Notes: generated by a model not told the origin, from the sequence alone. 64,000 nt of DNA from Octopus sinensis (GCF_006345805.1 NC_042997.1:39556001-39620000), one strand, 5' to 3'. Numbered from the stretch's first letter, positions 1 to 12,174 are shown. Numbers and translations are program-made.

Positions 1-812
1 GGCAACGACCACGCTCGGATGGTGTTTTTATGTGCCACCGACACAGGTGCCAGACGAGGCTGGTGAACGGCCACGCTCGGATGGTGTTTTTATGTGCCAC
101 CGACACAGGTGCCAGACAAGGCTAGCAGACGACCACGCTCGGATGGTGTTTTTATGTGCCACCGACACAGGTGCCAGACGAGGCTGGCGAACGGCCACGC
201 TCGGATGGTGTTTTTATGTGCCACCGCACAGGTGCCAGACAAGGCTAGCAGACGACCACGCTCGGATGGTGTTTTTATGTGCCACCGACACAGGTGCCAG
301 ACAAGGCTGGCAGACGCCACGCTCGGATGGTGTTTTTATGTGCCACCGACACAGGTGCCAGACGAGGCTGGCGAACGGCCACGCTCGGATGGTGTTTTTA
401 TGTGCCACCGACACAGGTGCCAGACAAGGCTAGCAGACGACCACGCTCGGATGGTGTTTTTTTTTTTTTTTTTGTGCACCGACACAGGTGCCAGACGAGG
501 CTGGCGAACGGCCACGCTCGGATGGTGTTTTTATGTGCCCCCGACACAGGTGCCAGACAAGGCTAGCAGACGACCACGCTCGGATGGTGTTTTTTTTTTT
601 TTTTTTTATGTGCCACCGACACAGGTGCCAGACGAGGCTGGCGAACGGCCACGCTCGGATGGTGTTTTTATGTGCCACCGACACAGGAGCCAGATTAGGC
701 TGGCGATCGGCCACGATTGGATGGTGATTGTTACGTGCCCACAGCATGGAGGCCAGTCGGTGCGGTACTGGCTACGCCCACGTTCGGATGGTATTCTTGT
801 GTGCCACCGGCA
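1..812 (-). repeat. ~62-bp tandem repeat array (13 anchors) in the RTE 3' UTR
   Basis: Anchor (C/T)GGATGGT at 16, 78, 140, 202, 263, 324, 386, 448, 519, 581, 656, 718 and 785. Confidence 0.97.
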
Positions 813-969
813 CTGGTACCACAAAGATACAAATTCCATTGATGTTCATCTATTTTGATTTTGTTTGATTTTCACTTGCCTCAACAGGTCTTCCCAAGTG
901 TCACAAGAAGGCAGGTATGCACAGGTGGACTGACTACGTCCTAGGTAGGGGCCACAGGTTATGGCCTGA

Positions 970-3094
970 CTAGTCTTGCCGGGTCTTCTCACGCACAGCA
1001 TACTTCCATAGGTCTCGGTCTCTAGTCATTTCCTTGGTGAGACCTAAAGTTCGTAGGTCGTGCTTCACCACTTCGTCCCAGGTTTTCCTGGGTCTACCTC
1101 TTCCACAGGTTCCCTCAACTGCTAGGGTGTAGCACTTTTGCACACAACTATCTTCAGCCATTCTCGTCATATGACCATACCAGCACAGCCGTCTCTCTTG
1201 CACACCACAACTGACGCTTCTTAGGTTCAACTTTTCTCTCAAGGTACTTACACTCTGACATTATGAACACTGACATTACACATCCATCGGAGCATACTGG
1301 CTTCATTTCTTGCGAGCTTACGCATATCCTCAGCAGTCACGGCCCATGTTTCACTACCATGTAGCATGGCTGTACGTACACATGCATCATAAAGTCTGCC
1401 TTTTACTCTGAGCGAGAGCCTTTTGTCACCAGCAGGGGTAAGAGCTCCCTAAACTTTGCCCAGGCTATTCTTACTCTAGCAGTTACACTTTCAGCACACC
1501 CACCCCCGCTACTAACTTGGTCTCCTAGGTAGCGGAAGCTATCAACTACTTCTAGTTTGTCTCCCTGGAACGTGGTAGAAGTTGGTCTCTGCACATTTCC
1601 AGTGTTTATTTCTCCTGAGCATCTGCCACATACGAAAACTATCTTCCCAGTTAGCCTACCTTTGACATTGCTGCACCTCTTATGTGTCCATAGCTTACAC
1701 TTGGTGCACCTTATAGAGTTTCTACCTACACCTTTTTACAGATCGAGCAGGGCCATCTACCTGAAGTCGTTTGTGGTTGGTCCACCTTCCTACTTATTAG
1801 GACTTTGGTTTTGGCTAGGTTGATTCTAAGGCCCTTCGACTCTAATCCTTGTTTCCACACCTGAAACTTCTCCTCCAGTTCTGATAGTGACTCAGCAATT
1901 AGAGCAAGGTCATCAGCATATAGGAGCTCCCAGGGGCATCCTGTCTTAAATTCTTCCGTTATTGCCTGGAGGACTATGATAAATAGGAGGGGGCTGAGGA
2001 CTGAACCTTGGTGGACCCCAACCTCTACCCGGATTCTTCTTCACTGTACTCGTTGCCAACCCTCACCTTACTAGCTGCGTCTCTGTACATGGCTCGCACA
2101 GCTCTCACTAACCATTCATCTATCCCTAGTTTCCTCATTGACCACCAGATAAGGGATCGGGGGACCCTGTCAAAGGCTTTCTCTAAGTCAACAAAAGCCA
2201 GGTACAAGGGCTTACCTTTGGCTAGGTATTTCTCCTGCAGCTGTCTTACCAGGAATATAGCATCAGTAGTACTTTTCCCTGGCACGAACCCAAACTGCAT
2301 ATCATCTAAGCTAACTCTCTCTCTAATTAACTGGGCTATAACCCTCTCCGTAACCTTCATTACCTGATCCAACAGCTTGATGCCCCTGTAGTTATTTGTA
2401 TCTAGGCCATCTCCTTTACCTTTGTAGCAGTTGACTATTATGCTGCTACACCAGTCATTGGGTATGACTCCTTTGTATATCACCTGGTTAACTATACGGG
2501 TGACTATGCTATAGCCGACACTACCAGATATTTTGAGCATCTCTGCAGTAATTCCTGATGGGCCTGGGGCTTTCCCTGTCTTCATGCTTCTAATTGCCTT
2601 AGCTACCACGGAACTATCAACTCGGATAGCTGGTCCCTCTGTTGGGTCAACATTCGGCAGACTCTCTTTATCCCATTCATTTTCCTCATTCAGCAACCTT
2701 TCATAGTGGCGTCTCCAAGCTTCTCTCTTTGCATCCTCATTTAGCGCAAGTGAACCATCCTCCATGCGAACACATTTCTCTCCTACCACATCACGATTCT
2801 CTCTCACACACTGTCTTGCAACACGAAATACCTCAAGTCTTTCATCCTCACGGCGCAGGACATTGGCAAACTTTCTTTTATCTGCTTCCCCTCTGGCTAG
2901 ATAGACCTGTCTCCTAGCTTCCCTTCTGGCAGTCTGATACACTTCCCTGCTACCACCGTTCTTCCAGGCCTTCCAAGCCTGTTTCTTTTGTCTAATAGCC
3001 CTGTCAACAATATTGTTCCACCACCACGTTATTTTGGGTCTTAAGGGGACTTTGCACCAGCCACAGATCTGGTCAGCGGCTTTCAGCAGGTTGT

Positions 3095-3097
<3 letters not shown>
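970..3097 (-). pseudogene. RTE ORF (reverse transcriptase plus C-terminal domain), frameshifted, endonuclease missing
   Basis: Motifs KAPGPSGI, NYRGIKLL, QFGFVPGKST, AFVDLEKAFDRVP, GVHQGSVLSP, YADD (1909-1920), FRYLG and C-terminal WYGH..GRGRPRKTW. Frameshifts near 2035, 1735 and 1415. Confidence 0.93.
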
Positions 3098-3138
<41 letters not shown>

Positions 3139-3142
<4 letters not shown>

Positions 3143-3990
3143 AGAGTTTACAAAAAAAAACCAAAAGACGAAGACAGATAGTGTACAAAATAAAACAAAT
3201 GTATTAGTATAATGCTCAGGAATAGAAAAAGTCTTTTACGTTTTGAGCCTACGCTCTCCTACAGAAAGGGACACAGAAAAAACAAGGAGAGAAACAAGGA
3301 GAAAAAAAAGGAGAGAAAAAGGAGAGAAACAAGGAGAGAAAAAAAGGAGAGAAAAAAAGTAGAGAAAAAATGTGTGTAGTGGCTAACGATCTATCATGGC
3401 GACTATATATATATATATATAAAATACAAAATGGGACAAGAACGCAAAACATCCGGACAGTTAGGTGATACAAAAATGGGACAATAACACATCCAGATAG
3501 ACGATACAAAGAAAACAAGGATGGGTCATTCAAAGTTTTCTTTCCTCAGTTGAGTACAAGATTATCTTCGCAACTTCGGCTGATTATGCTCGAGATTGCT
3601 CAAATCTGGCCAGCCCCAAGGAAAAACTAAGCTAAGAGCACTAGATTCCTTGGAAGAAAGCAGCGAATGTATACAAAAAAAAAACAAGCACGAAAAAAAT
3701 ATAGATGTTACTCAAATACAATAAAAATAATAACAGGACATAACAACAGGTGTCTTTCGACAAAGGACAAATTAAATTAAGCTGGCATGTGTGGAAATGA
3801 AGCCTTACGGCAGAGATACAAGATTTCACCGGCACAGGGAGGAATATCGATGTTGTATGGACAACGGCCAGCCCAAGAAAGAAAGGTCAGCCTTGGTTGA
3901 ATGCCGGTCAATTGGGAAGAGAAGCGAGAGAGGTAGAAGCAGAGGGACAGAAGAATAAAGGAGGGGCAAGAAAAAATGAAAGGGACACAG
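3139..3990 (-). mobile_element. Penelope-like element remnant (pLTR-like)
   Basis: Bounded by (TA)n. 3139-3270 is homologous to 31497-31625, including a degenerate hammerhead-like motif at 3238-3268. Confidence 0.45.
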
Positions 3991-4261
3991 TATAATCTAT
4001 TTTCAAAGGGAGTTAAAAGTAAATCATAATATGAAATATTTCTTTAGTTCGACTTTTTGGTATATTGTGTGTCAGATGATTTAGCCTGAGGCCTATTCTG
4101 TTTATTTTTCATTGAAGTTTAGTTTTCACTCTTTTGGTTATATTAGTTATTGATTTCTTACATGGACACAAGGTTGGGGATCTGGGTGGAAGGAACAGTG
4201 AATTAGATTGCCTCAAGGACTTGAATGATACTTTATGTTATCAACTTCAAATGAAAGGGTT

Positions 4262-4642
4262 ATGAGTGGCTGTGTGGTAAGTAGCTTGTTTACCAACCAC
4301 ATGGTTCCGGGTTCAGTCCCACTGCGTGGCACCTTGGGCAAATGTCTTCTACTATAGCCTCGGGCCGACCAATGCCTTGTGAGTGGATTTAGTAGACGGA
4401 AACTGAAAGAAACCCATCGTATATATGTATGTGTGAGTGTGTTTGTCCCCCTAGCATTGCTTGACAACTGATGCTGGTGTGTTTATGTCCCCGTTACTTA
4501 GCGGTTCGGCAAAAGAGACCGATGGAATAAGTACTGGGCTTACACAAGAATAAGTCCTGGTGTCGAGTTGCTCGATTAAAGGCGGTGCTCCAGCATGGCT
4601 GCTGTCAAATGACTGAAACAAGTAAAAGAGTAAAAGAGAGTA
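4262..4642 (+). mobile_element. tRNA-derived SINE family A (CORE-like), nested in an older minus-strand family B SINE
   Basis: A box TGGCTGTGTGG, B box GGTTCAGTCCC, CORE-like ACCTTGGGCAA, internal (TA/TG)n and (GTAAAAGA)n tail. Family B halves lie at ~4170-4255 and 4643-4710. Confidence 0.88.
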
Positions 4643-5406
4643 ACTTCAGAAGGATGAAAGGCAAAGTTGACCTTGGTGGGGTTTGAACCCAAAATGTAAA
4701 GGGCTAGAAGGCATTTTGTCTGATAATTGTTAAAGTAGCTTTCTGTCTTGTTTCATCCTGTTTCCAGAATTTTACAAAATATCTGAGTATATCTATAGAA
4801 TCAAAAGATGAATGAGTTCCCATCTTAAGCTTAATAAATAAAAACAAAAACAAAGCAAAAAATATCATAACAGATATCCTATTTTCCATATCAATGGTAA
4901 ACAAATTTAATCTAGTAAATATCTTGTAGTTAGTTTAAATTGAAAAACATCTGGCTATCCATTTCGACTCTATTGAATTTCAATGAATAACAAAGCTAAT
5001 ATTTGATGTAGTTACTCTATTTAACGGAAGGATAAGAGGCTCTCATAGATTCTTGAAATCAGATGTCAACAAGATCTAGTCTGGTATCAGTGTTCTAAGT
5101 TTATTGATTTCATATAGATATTTCATTTGTGGCCACACTTATTATTTAGTTGTGTGAAGAAGAACTTTTAAGGAATTCGGCTTTGATTGATTCCAGAATA
5201 GTTATGTAGACATTTTTTTTTTTACATAGTAAGTCAAATATCAATAAAGTAAGTATTTAGAATGTTGTACTTAATTTTAAATTTGCCATGTTTAGTTATG
5301 AAAATTCACATATTTTGACCAGGCTTGGTAGTGGTTTCAAATTTTGGCACAAGGCCAGCCATTTTGGGGGACAGGTTAAGTTGATTACATTGACTCCAGT
5401 ATTTAA

Positions 5407-5625
5407 CCCTTTTGTTACTAACCCGGCTGAAACCGGCTCTGGCTCTGTGTACAAATGTCTTGTTTTCATAAGTTTTGAATTAAAATCTTCCACCAAACCT
5501 TAGTCACAATTTATGTTCCTAACACTAGCTGAATGATAACTAAGTTATTTTACTAAATTCTTTGTTATATTAAAGTAATTGAAAGAAACACAGAGCATCT
5601 CAAACTAAATACGGTAACAAAAGGG
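5407..5625. mobile_element. TTAA-specific (piggyBac-type) MITE
   Basis: 12-bp TIR CCCTTTTGTTAC/GTAACAAAAGGG flanked by TTAA on both sides; several copies in the window. Confidence 0.92.
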
Positions 5626-6894
5626 TTAAGCATGATGACAAATGTATGTGTGTTTATGTGTGTGTGACTGTTTGTTTCTCCCCATGTCTTCATGACACTA
5701 TTTAAGCAATGGTGTGATTGTTTATGTCTACCGTAAAGGAATATATCTTTTTAGTATTGTGGGAAGACGAATGGAATAAAAATACCCTACTTGAAAAAAA
5801 AAAAAGTAGTGGCTGGTAACATGATGGGCATCTGGTTGTAGAATTCCACCTCAAGAGATCTCATTCAACTCAAACCCAATGGAAAAAGCTCACACAAAAG
5901 TTATGAAAAAGACGATTATGATGCTGTATTCTGTTCTATTTTTCAAATATAATTTAACATTTTATTTTACAGCATTTTTTTATTCTAAAGAAAGAAGCAA
6001 ATATTTTGTCAAATAGATAAGTTATTACAATCTTTACCATTATTTTTACAAGTACTGAGCTGTATATTATCATACAGATGCCTGAAGCCTTCTTACTTGA
6101 AACTCAAATAATATAAGATAATACTTATATTTAGCTATTTCTAAATATAAGAAGGCAAGAACACTGAATTTAGTAGGAGTGACCAGATACTTCACCAAAA
6201 ATACAACATTCTGTGATATTTTTGTAAATAGATTAATGAACAGGGTATACTGTATTGCTATGCTGCTATCATGATTATATTTTTAGAAAATATATAAAGA
6301 TTTCATGCTAGGAAGTGCCTCCTAAAAAACAAATACTATTGTGTAATTTAAGTAGATTATCAGGTTTTATTCATCTTCATTAAATCCATTTAGTACAATT
6401 GCTCCTTAGATTAGTATAATTTATAATTGAATGGAAAAATGCTGTTTTCCATTTTAATTAAAATAATTATATCCTGCTTTAAACAATTCTGTTATTTAAT
6501 ATCACTCTTTTAAATTGTTTCCATTTCCATCACCCTCTGCCATCAATTTACTGAAAAGCAAATTATTTTTTTATAAGAAGACATTTTTGTTTTCTTCCTT
6601 CTTTTACAAATTCCCTTTCATTCGTCTATTTTTTTTAAGAACTTATATTTTTCTTCTTGAAAATGTGTTTCAAAAATGTAAATTTGTCATAAAAAATATT
6701 CCTTTGAAAGCTTTCTCTGCAACATATAACTTGCCTTCCATAAAAACAAACCCCAAAAACCCCCCAAAAAACAAAAACAAAAAACAACTATGTCCATGTT
6801 TTCTTTGTCAAAAACAGAGTAATAATTTAAACTTCCTTCACCCACGTTGCAATACTAAGTCTATTATAATTTGATATTCTAAAACTAAGAAAAT

Positions 6895-7500
6895 GTTTTA
6901 TTACCATATTTTTGTTGAAATACTCTGCCTTTGTTTCAACGAAATTTTGAAAATGAGGAAGAATTCAGTAAAATAAGTCTCTTTTTTATCTTTTACTTGT
7001 TTCTGTCATTTGACTGCGGCCATGCTGGAGCACTGCCTTTAATCGAGCAAATCGTCCCCAGGACTTATTCTTTGTAAGCCCAGTACTTATTCTATCGGTC
7101 TCTTTTTGCCGAACCGCTAAGTCACGGAGACATAAACATACCAGCATCAGTTGTCAAGCAATGCTAGGGGGACAAACGCAGACACATAAACACATACACA
7201 CACACACATATATATATATACATATATACGACAGGCTTCTTTCAGTTTCCGTCTACCAAATCCACTCACAAGGCATTGGTCGGCCCGGGGCTATAGCAGA
7301 AGACACTTGCCCAAGATGTGGTTGGTGAGCAAGCTACTTACCACACAGCCACTCCAGCGCTCAGACATTATTATGCTGGTATTTGGAACGTAGCATGAAA
7401 ATTTGATGGAAGTTTTTAATTTAAATTACTTTAAGACAGGAACTTTGTTTGTATCACAGAATAAAGTGCAGTCTCAGGTGGGTTAGCATCAAATAGGTTA
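6895..7500. mobile_element. Older TTAA-MITE relative split by a minus-strand SINE-A (6978-7360)
   Basis: The flanks match the MITE at 55123-55342; the insert is the reverse complement of SINE-A. Confidence 0.75.
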
Positions 7501-7627
7501 GTGACAGAGCTTACTTATTCCACCATGAATCATACATGCAGTATAAGAGTCTCCAGTACTTGACTTCATATTGTAAATTAATTCAGTTCCATTGTAACAT
7601 TATATTGTAATATCATTTTGTACATGA

Positions 7628-8240
7628 AGGTGGCGAGCTGGCAGAAACGTTAGCACATCGGGCGAAATGCTTAGCGGTATTTCGTCTGCCGCTACGTTCT
7701 GAGTTCAACTTCCGCCGAGGTCGACTTTGCCTTTCATCCTTTTGGGGTCGATAAATTAAGTACCAGTTACACACTGGGGTCGATGTAATCAACTTAATAC
7801 CTATGTCTGTCCTTGTTTGTCCCCTCTATGTTTAGCCCCTTGTGGGTAATAAAGAAATAGGTATTTCGTCTGCCGCTACGTTCTGAGTTCAAATTCCGCC
7901 GAGGTCGACTTTGCCTTTCATCCTCTTGGGGTCGATAAATTAAGTACCAGTTACGGACTGGGGTCGATGTAATCGATTTAATCCCTTTGTCTGTTCTTGT
8001 TTGTCCCCTCTACGTTTAGCCCCTTGTGGGCAATAAAGAAATAATAATCATTAGTAGACTGGGCAAAATGCTTTCTGACATTTCATGTCTTTACGTTCTG
8101 AGTTCAAACACCACTGAGGTCAACTTTGTTTTTCATCCTTTCAGGGCCAATAAAATAAATACCAGTTAAATACTGGGGTCTATGCAATCAGCTTACCTCC
8201 ACCACTAAAACTGCTAGCCTTATGCCAAAATTTGAAACCA
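7628..8240 (+). mobile_element. SINE family B trimer (two young units plus one older unit)
   Basis: Head GGYGGCGAGCTGGCAG, B box GAGTTCAAATTCC, central GCCTTTCATCCT..GGGGTCGATAAATTAAGTACCAG (recalled as Meta-domain-like). Flanked by ~18-bp TSD AATAT(C/T)ATTTTGTACATG. Confidence 0.88.
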
Positions 8241-8659
8241 ATATTATTTTGTACATGGATGTAGTTTACTTAAGCTTGGAAGACATACAATGAAGCCTTA
8301 AATTCTTGAATTTATTGCTAAAAATGACACTTCCTTCATTCCTTTGTAATAAGCTGAAGAATTACTCATCTATAATTAATTACCAATCAGATCCAGATAA
8401 ATACCTTTTCTATGTCAACAAATTTATAGATATGTAATTTTGCAAAATCGCCCTCTTGCAATTATATCACCAGAAATATGATGTCTGTAGTCCAATTCCA
8501 GATACAAGGCTTTACTAAATCAACTATGTCTTCTTTTTACTATAACCTACATTACCCTCATAGACTTAGCACCCCAAAGAAGTTAGTATGATTACTTTGA
8601 AAACATATAATTAATTTCTCTAGCTGACCCTTTTTATACAGCTGCAGTTGTGCTGCCAA

Positions 8660-8838
8660 CACCACCACCACCACCACCACCACCACCACCACCACCACCA
8701 CCATACCCACCACCACCACCACCACCACCACCACCATACCCACCACCACCACCACCACCACCACCACCACCACCACCACCACCACACCACCACCACCACC
8801 ACCACCACTGCCACTGCTGCTGCCACTACCACCACCAT
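8660..8838. repeat. (CCA)n microsatellite
   Basis: Direct reading. It adjoins a decayed minus-strand RTE-type 3' end at ~8838-9040. Confidence 0.97.
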
Positions 8839-11764
8839 CGTCAACTGTTAATGTCTAGCTTTCATGCTAGCATAAGTTGGATGATGGCTTGATAGAATTT
8901 GATGGGCCTGAGGACTGTGTCATTATCAAAATCAAATGTCTGTTTCCACATAGTTTCCATAGTTTGATGCCCTTCTTAATACCACCCATTTTCCAGGGTG
9001 ATTGACTGCTAATGAGGTTGTGATGCAGCTTGTAAGACTAAGGTCCTTATCAGCATTTCTTTTCACAGCTGTCCTCGTCTATATGCATCATATGACCCTC
9101 TTTCTTGCAACACATTTGTTCATACTCTGTTCAATCACATTCTGCAATGACATTCCCATACTTCTTTTTGAAATACTTCTTTATTATAATTTCAGTCTTC
9201 TCCCAACAATAATCTGATTTTTCAACAACTACTGCTAACTTTTAAATATAATTCCTTCTTATGATATATTTTTCAAGCCTGACTAAATTTTTCTTGCTCA
9301 AAATTATTCATAAATTGATTAGAATTAACCTTTTGAAAGCAATTTAAATTTAAGTTATGCTGTATATTATACATAACTACTTTTTAAAGCTCAGAGTTTC
9401 AGATAATAATGAGGGGATGTCAGGAAATATAACAATTGTACATTTTTTTAGAAGGTATTAGTAAGGTCTGAAAAATGGTTGCAACAATGATTGAAATTTT
9501 GTAACAATTTGGTTTGTCAAGAATTTACTGCAATATTATTGTGCTTACTACAAATTTTTTTTCTTGGATTATTATCTTAGGAAAATGGCTTCTTTTGATA
9601 AATGATTTGACGTTAAAAATAACATCAGATAGAGGCTAAAAAGAATAGCATTAGATAGAGGCTAAAAAGAATATGATTTGAGAAAACAAAAGAAATCATT
9701 TTTTTCTATCGAATAATTGTTGATACCTGACTACCTCTACTAACGAGTTACAATAATCTTTTATTGACAAAATTAGATAAAAACAAAGTCTGTAAACGTA
9801 AAATGCACTGTTTATAAATAACTATAACTATGTTTATCTCTGTTTTCTCAAGTTAAAGAAAACAAGTATTAAGAACAGTAAGAACTGAAGCAAACAGATG
9901 GTTAGGTAGGCTCTTGAAAGCTGTACATCAACAAATATGTAGAGAGAAATTAATTTCTCTATAAAACATTTCATGAAGTAAACTTAAATATTGACATACA
10001 CTTGGGATATCATGAAATGCAAAAAAAAAAAAAAGGACAAAATTTTCTAAACATACAAAAGTATTTACTTGATCTGATCTCAGTGGATTATGAAATAAAA
10101 GGAAGTCAGAATACTGGAAAAGTTACAAATATACAAATAATGAGCCAAAAGGTTTTAAAAAAACGTAATGTATGTTTCCAACGTTACTTTTTGAATCATA
10201 AGCATAAAATTTAACTCTTTCTTCATATTCACACAAAAAAATAATAATAAGTATGTAAATAACATATTTAACAAAAAAATTTGGATTGACACTCTAAATA
10301 TTTATGCAACTTGAAACACAAATATATGCAAAAAGTAATTTATATATTAATACCAGTATCTTTTGTATGGTTCCTAAACATCCTAGCACATCAAAGTTAA
10401 AAGTTTGTTGGCATTAAAAAAAAGAAGTTTATCCCATAATAATCTAAATTCAAGACCAGTCCAAATTGCAAGGATTAAAAGAATCATCTAAATTAAAGAC
10501 AAAGAATGTCTATAAAAGATGCAATTTATATCTGCCTTTGATTAATTTTTAGAAATTTGTGTAATACTCTAACAAGAAGTCAACTAAAATGGAAATATTG
10601 ATAGAGATATATCTAAATTAATTGGGGAATGTAGAACTACTGGACAAGAAAGTGTGTGAAGTTAATGTGATTAATCTTTAAGTTTAATTAATAAAAATTA
10701 TATGTTGACAAAAGAAGTTTAAAGAAGGAATTTGAAGACTGTCTAAACTTATGTAAAGTTTTGAGGACGACTGTTCAATGGTCTAGCAATAAGAATGAGT
10801 TTAAGAAGTGAGGGAAAAAGAAGTGTGAGCTGTGGGATAAAATGGTAAAGTTCAGAAAAGGAATAGATGTTATAGAATGTGTAGAAACAGAAGGAGCTTG
10901 ATGCTCTGATAATTGAAAGATTTTTGTGATAGTAGGTTTGTGATATATTTTTGTAACCAGAGTTGAGTGTGTAGCTTTCCTAAGTTGGTGGTTGCATTAT
11001 CTGGTACATATCTATCCCTTTATCAAGTAGTACTGCTTTGGTAATGTTGGCTCATACGAGTGTGTAAAAACTGTTCAAGAATTATAGCATCTGGCAATTG
11101 CTACCAGATAATTTATGTATATTTTGGGTCAGAATAACAGTCTTGTGCAGGCTTAAGCACATACCTAATTCAGAGCAACCAGAGGTAAAAAAAATTGCTT
11201 AATTCTTAAAGTGTCCTTCTGTATTGTACTATTAATACTTCAGCATCAGCAGAATGAAACAGTTCATAAAGAACACTTGAGTTTTTTTTTAAATTTGATT
11301 TTAGTGTATGAAGAAAAGAGCCTAAATATTGCTGCAAGTTTGAAGCACAATTATCTGATGGGTTTCACAAAGCAAGGATTTGCAAAGCTAAAAATAATAT
11401 GCCAAAAAAAAAATGGAAGGGCTTAGTTTATAGCCTAGTTTAATAACAACAGCTACTACGAAGGCTTCTGACTTAAAATGTGCTGTGAGTTACATGTTAG
11501 CAAATATATTTCAGAAAATACAAAATTATCAATCCTACATGTGTATATTGAATATATTTGTAAAACTGTTTGTGTTTGAGAAATTTCTAGATTAATGCAT
11601 TTAATAAATAACAATTTTCACAACTCATTTTACTTCTTTTGTAGTCAATGGTTATCTCAGTCTCTTTTCCATTTATTTATTTAGATTTATTTACTTTTAT
11701 GTGCTGGGTTTGAAGGAAGGGGCAGTGTCCTTGTCCTTTGCAGGCCATCCTAAACCATTAAAAT

Positions 11765-12010
11765 TCAAGCCATTAATTCCACTTGAACCATTGTAGAGTA
11801 AACACTTGTCAGAAAGACATGAGCAGAGAGATAATTCCAGAGGATTAAAGTTCTGGGGAGAAAGGACTGGCCATAGTGATAAGTGCAGGACATGAAGTGT
11901 TGAAAGCAACAAGGATAATGAGAGGAAGAGAGATTAGTGACCTGGGAAGGTATGAGTGGAGGTTGCATGAGCCCAGTTAGCTGAAAGGAGCAGAGGTAAT
12001 TTAATAGCAT
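11765..12010 (-). pseudogene. C-terminal fragment of a CR1/Crack-like LINE ORF2
   Basis: Translation CTYHYGQSFLPRTLILWNYLSAHVF resembles the SFFPRT..LWN.LP..VF C-terminal motif. Confidence 0.6.
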
Positions 12011-12174
12011 GGATTTAAGAGTATGCCCTTACATAAATTTATTATTATTTTGCAGCGTGGAAGGTGTTTTCGTTTCAGCACACAATCTCAGATCAAATCA
12101 CTTGCTATGCAAGTACATCTAAGTAATATTATTATTTTCATATATGAATTTGAAATGCTTTTGTGCCTTAATAT

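Larger units (their letters stand above)
1..3097 (-). mobile_element. RTE-clade non-LTR retrotransposon, 5'-truncated; 3' UTR runs off the window start
   Basis: RT coding sequence from 3097 to the stop near 970, then a 3' UTR with a tandem array. The 5' truncation abuts (TA)n at 3098. Confidence 0.93.

Noticed and set aside
1-812. CRISPR-like array next to a reverse transcriptase
   Set aside because: The variable parts are homologous, recurring variants and not unique spacers. No cas genes are present, and the array is the 3' UTR of a eukaryotic RTE LINE.
1-812. Pistol ribozyme (hairpin ending CACR-UAAA with a loop pseudoknot)
   Set aside because: The pairing partner follows the A-run directly, leaving no P2 or P3 stems; only the 5' topology is similar.
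32-858. ORFs of 133 and 254 aa over the array
   Set aside because: Translations of a stop-poor tandem repeat, open in several frames on both strands.
3098-3188. N-terminus of the 387-aa ORF (MYTICL..YIYIYI)
   Set aside because: Read-through into (TA)n and flanking DNA; the element is truncated at ~3097.
8558-8892. Poly-Pro, poly-His and poly-Val ORFs
   Set aside because: Translations of the (CCA)n microsatellite; the YI, CV, HT and poly-Ile ORFs elsewhere have the same origin.
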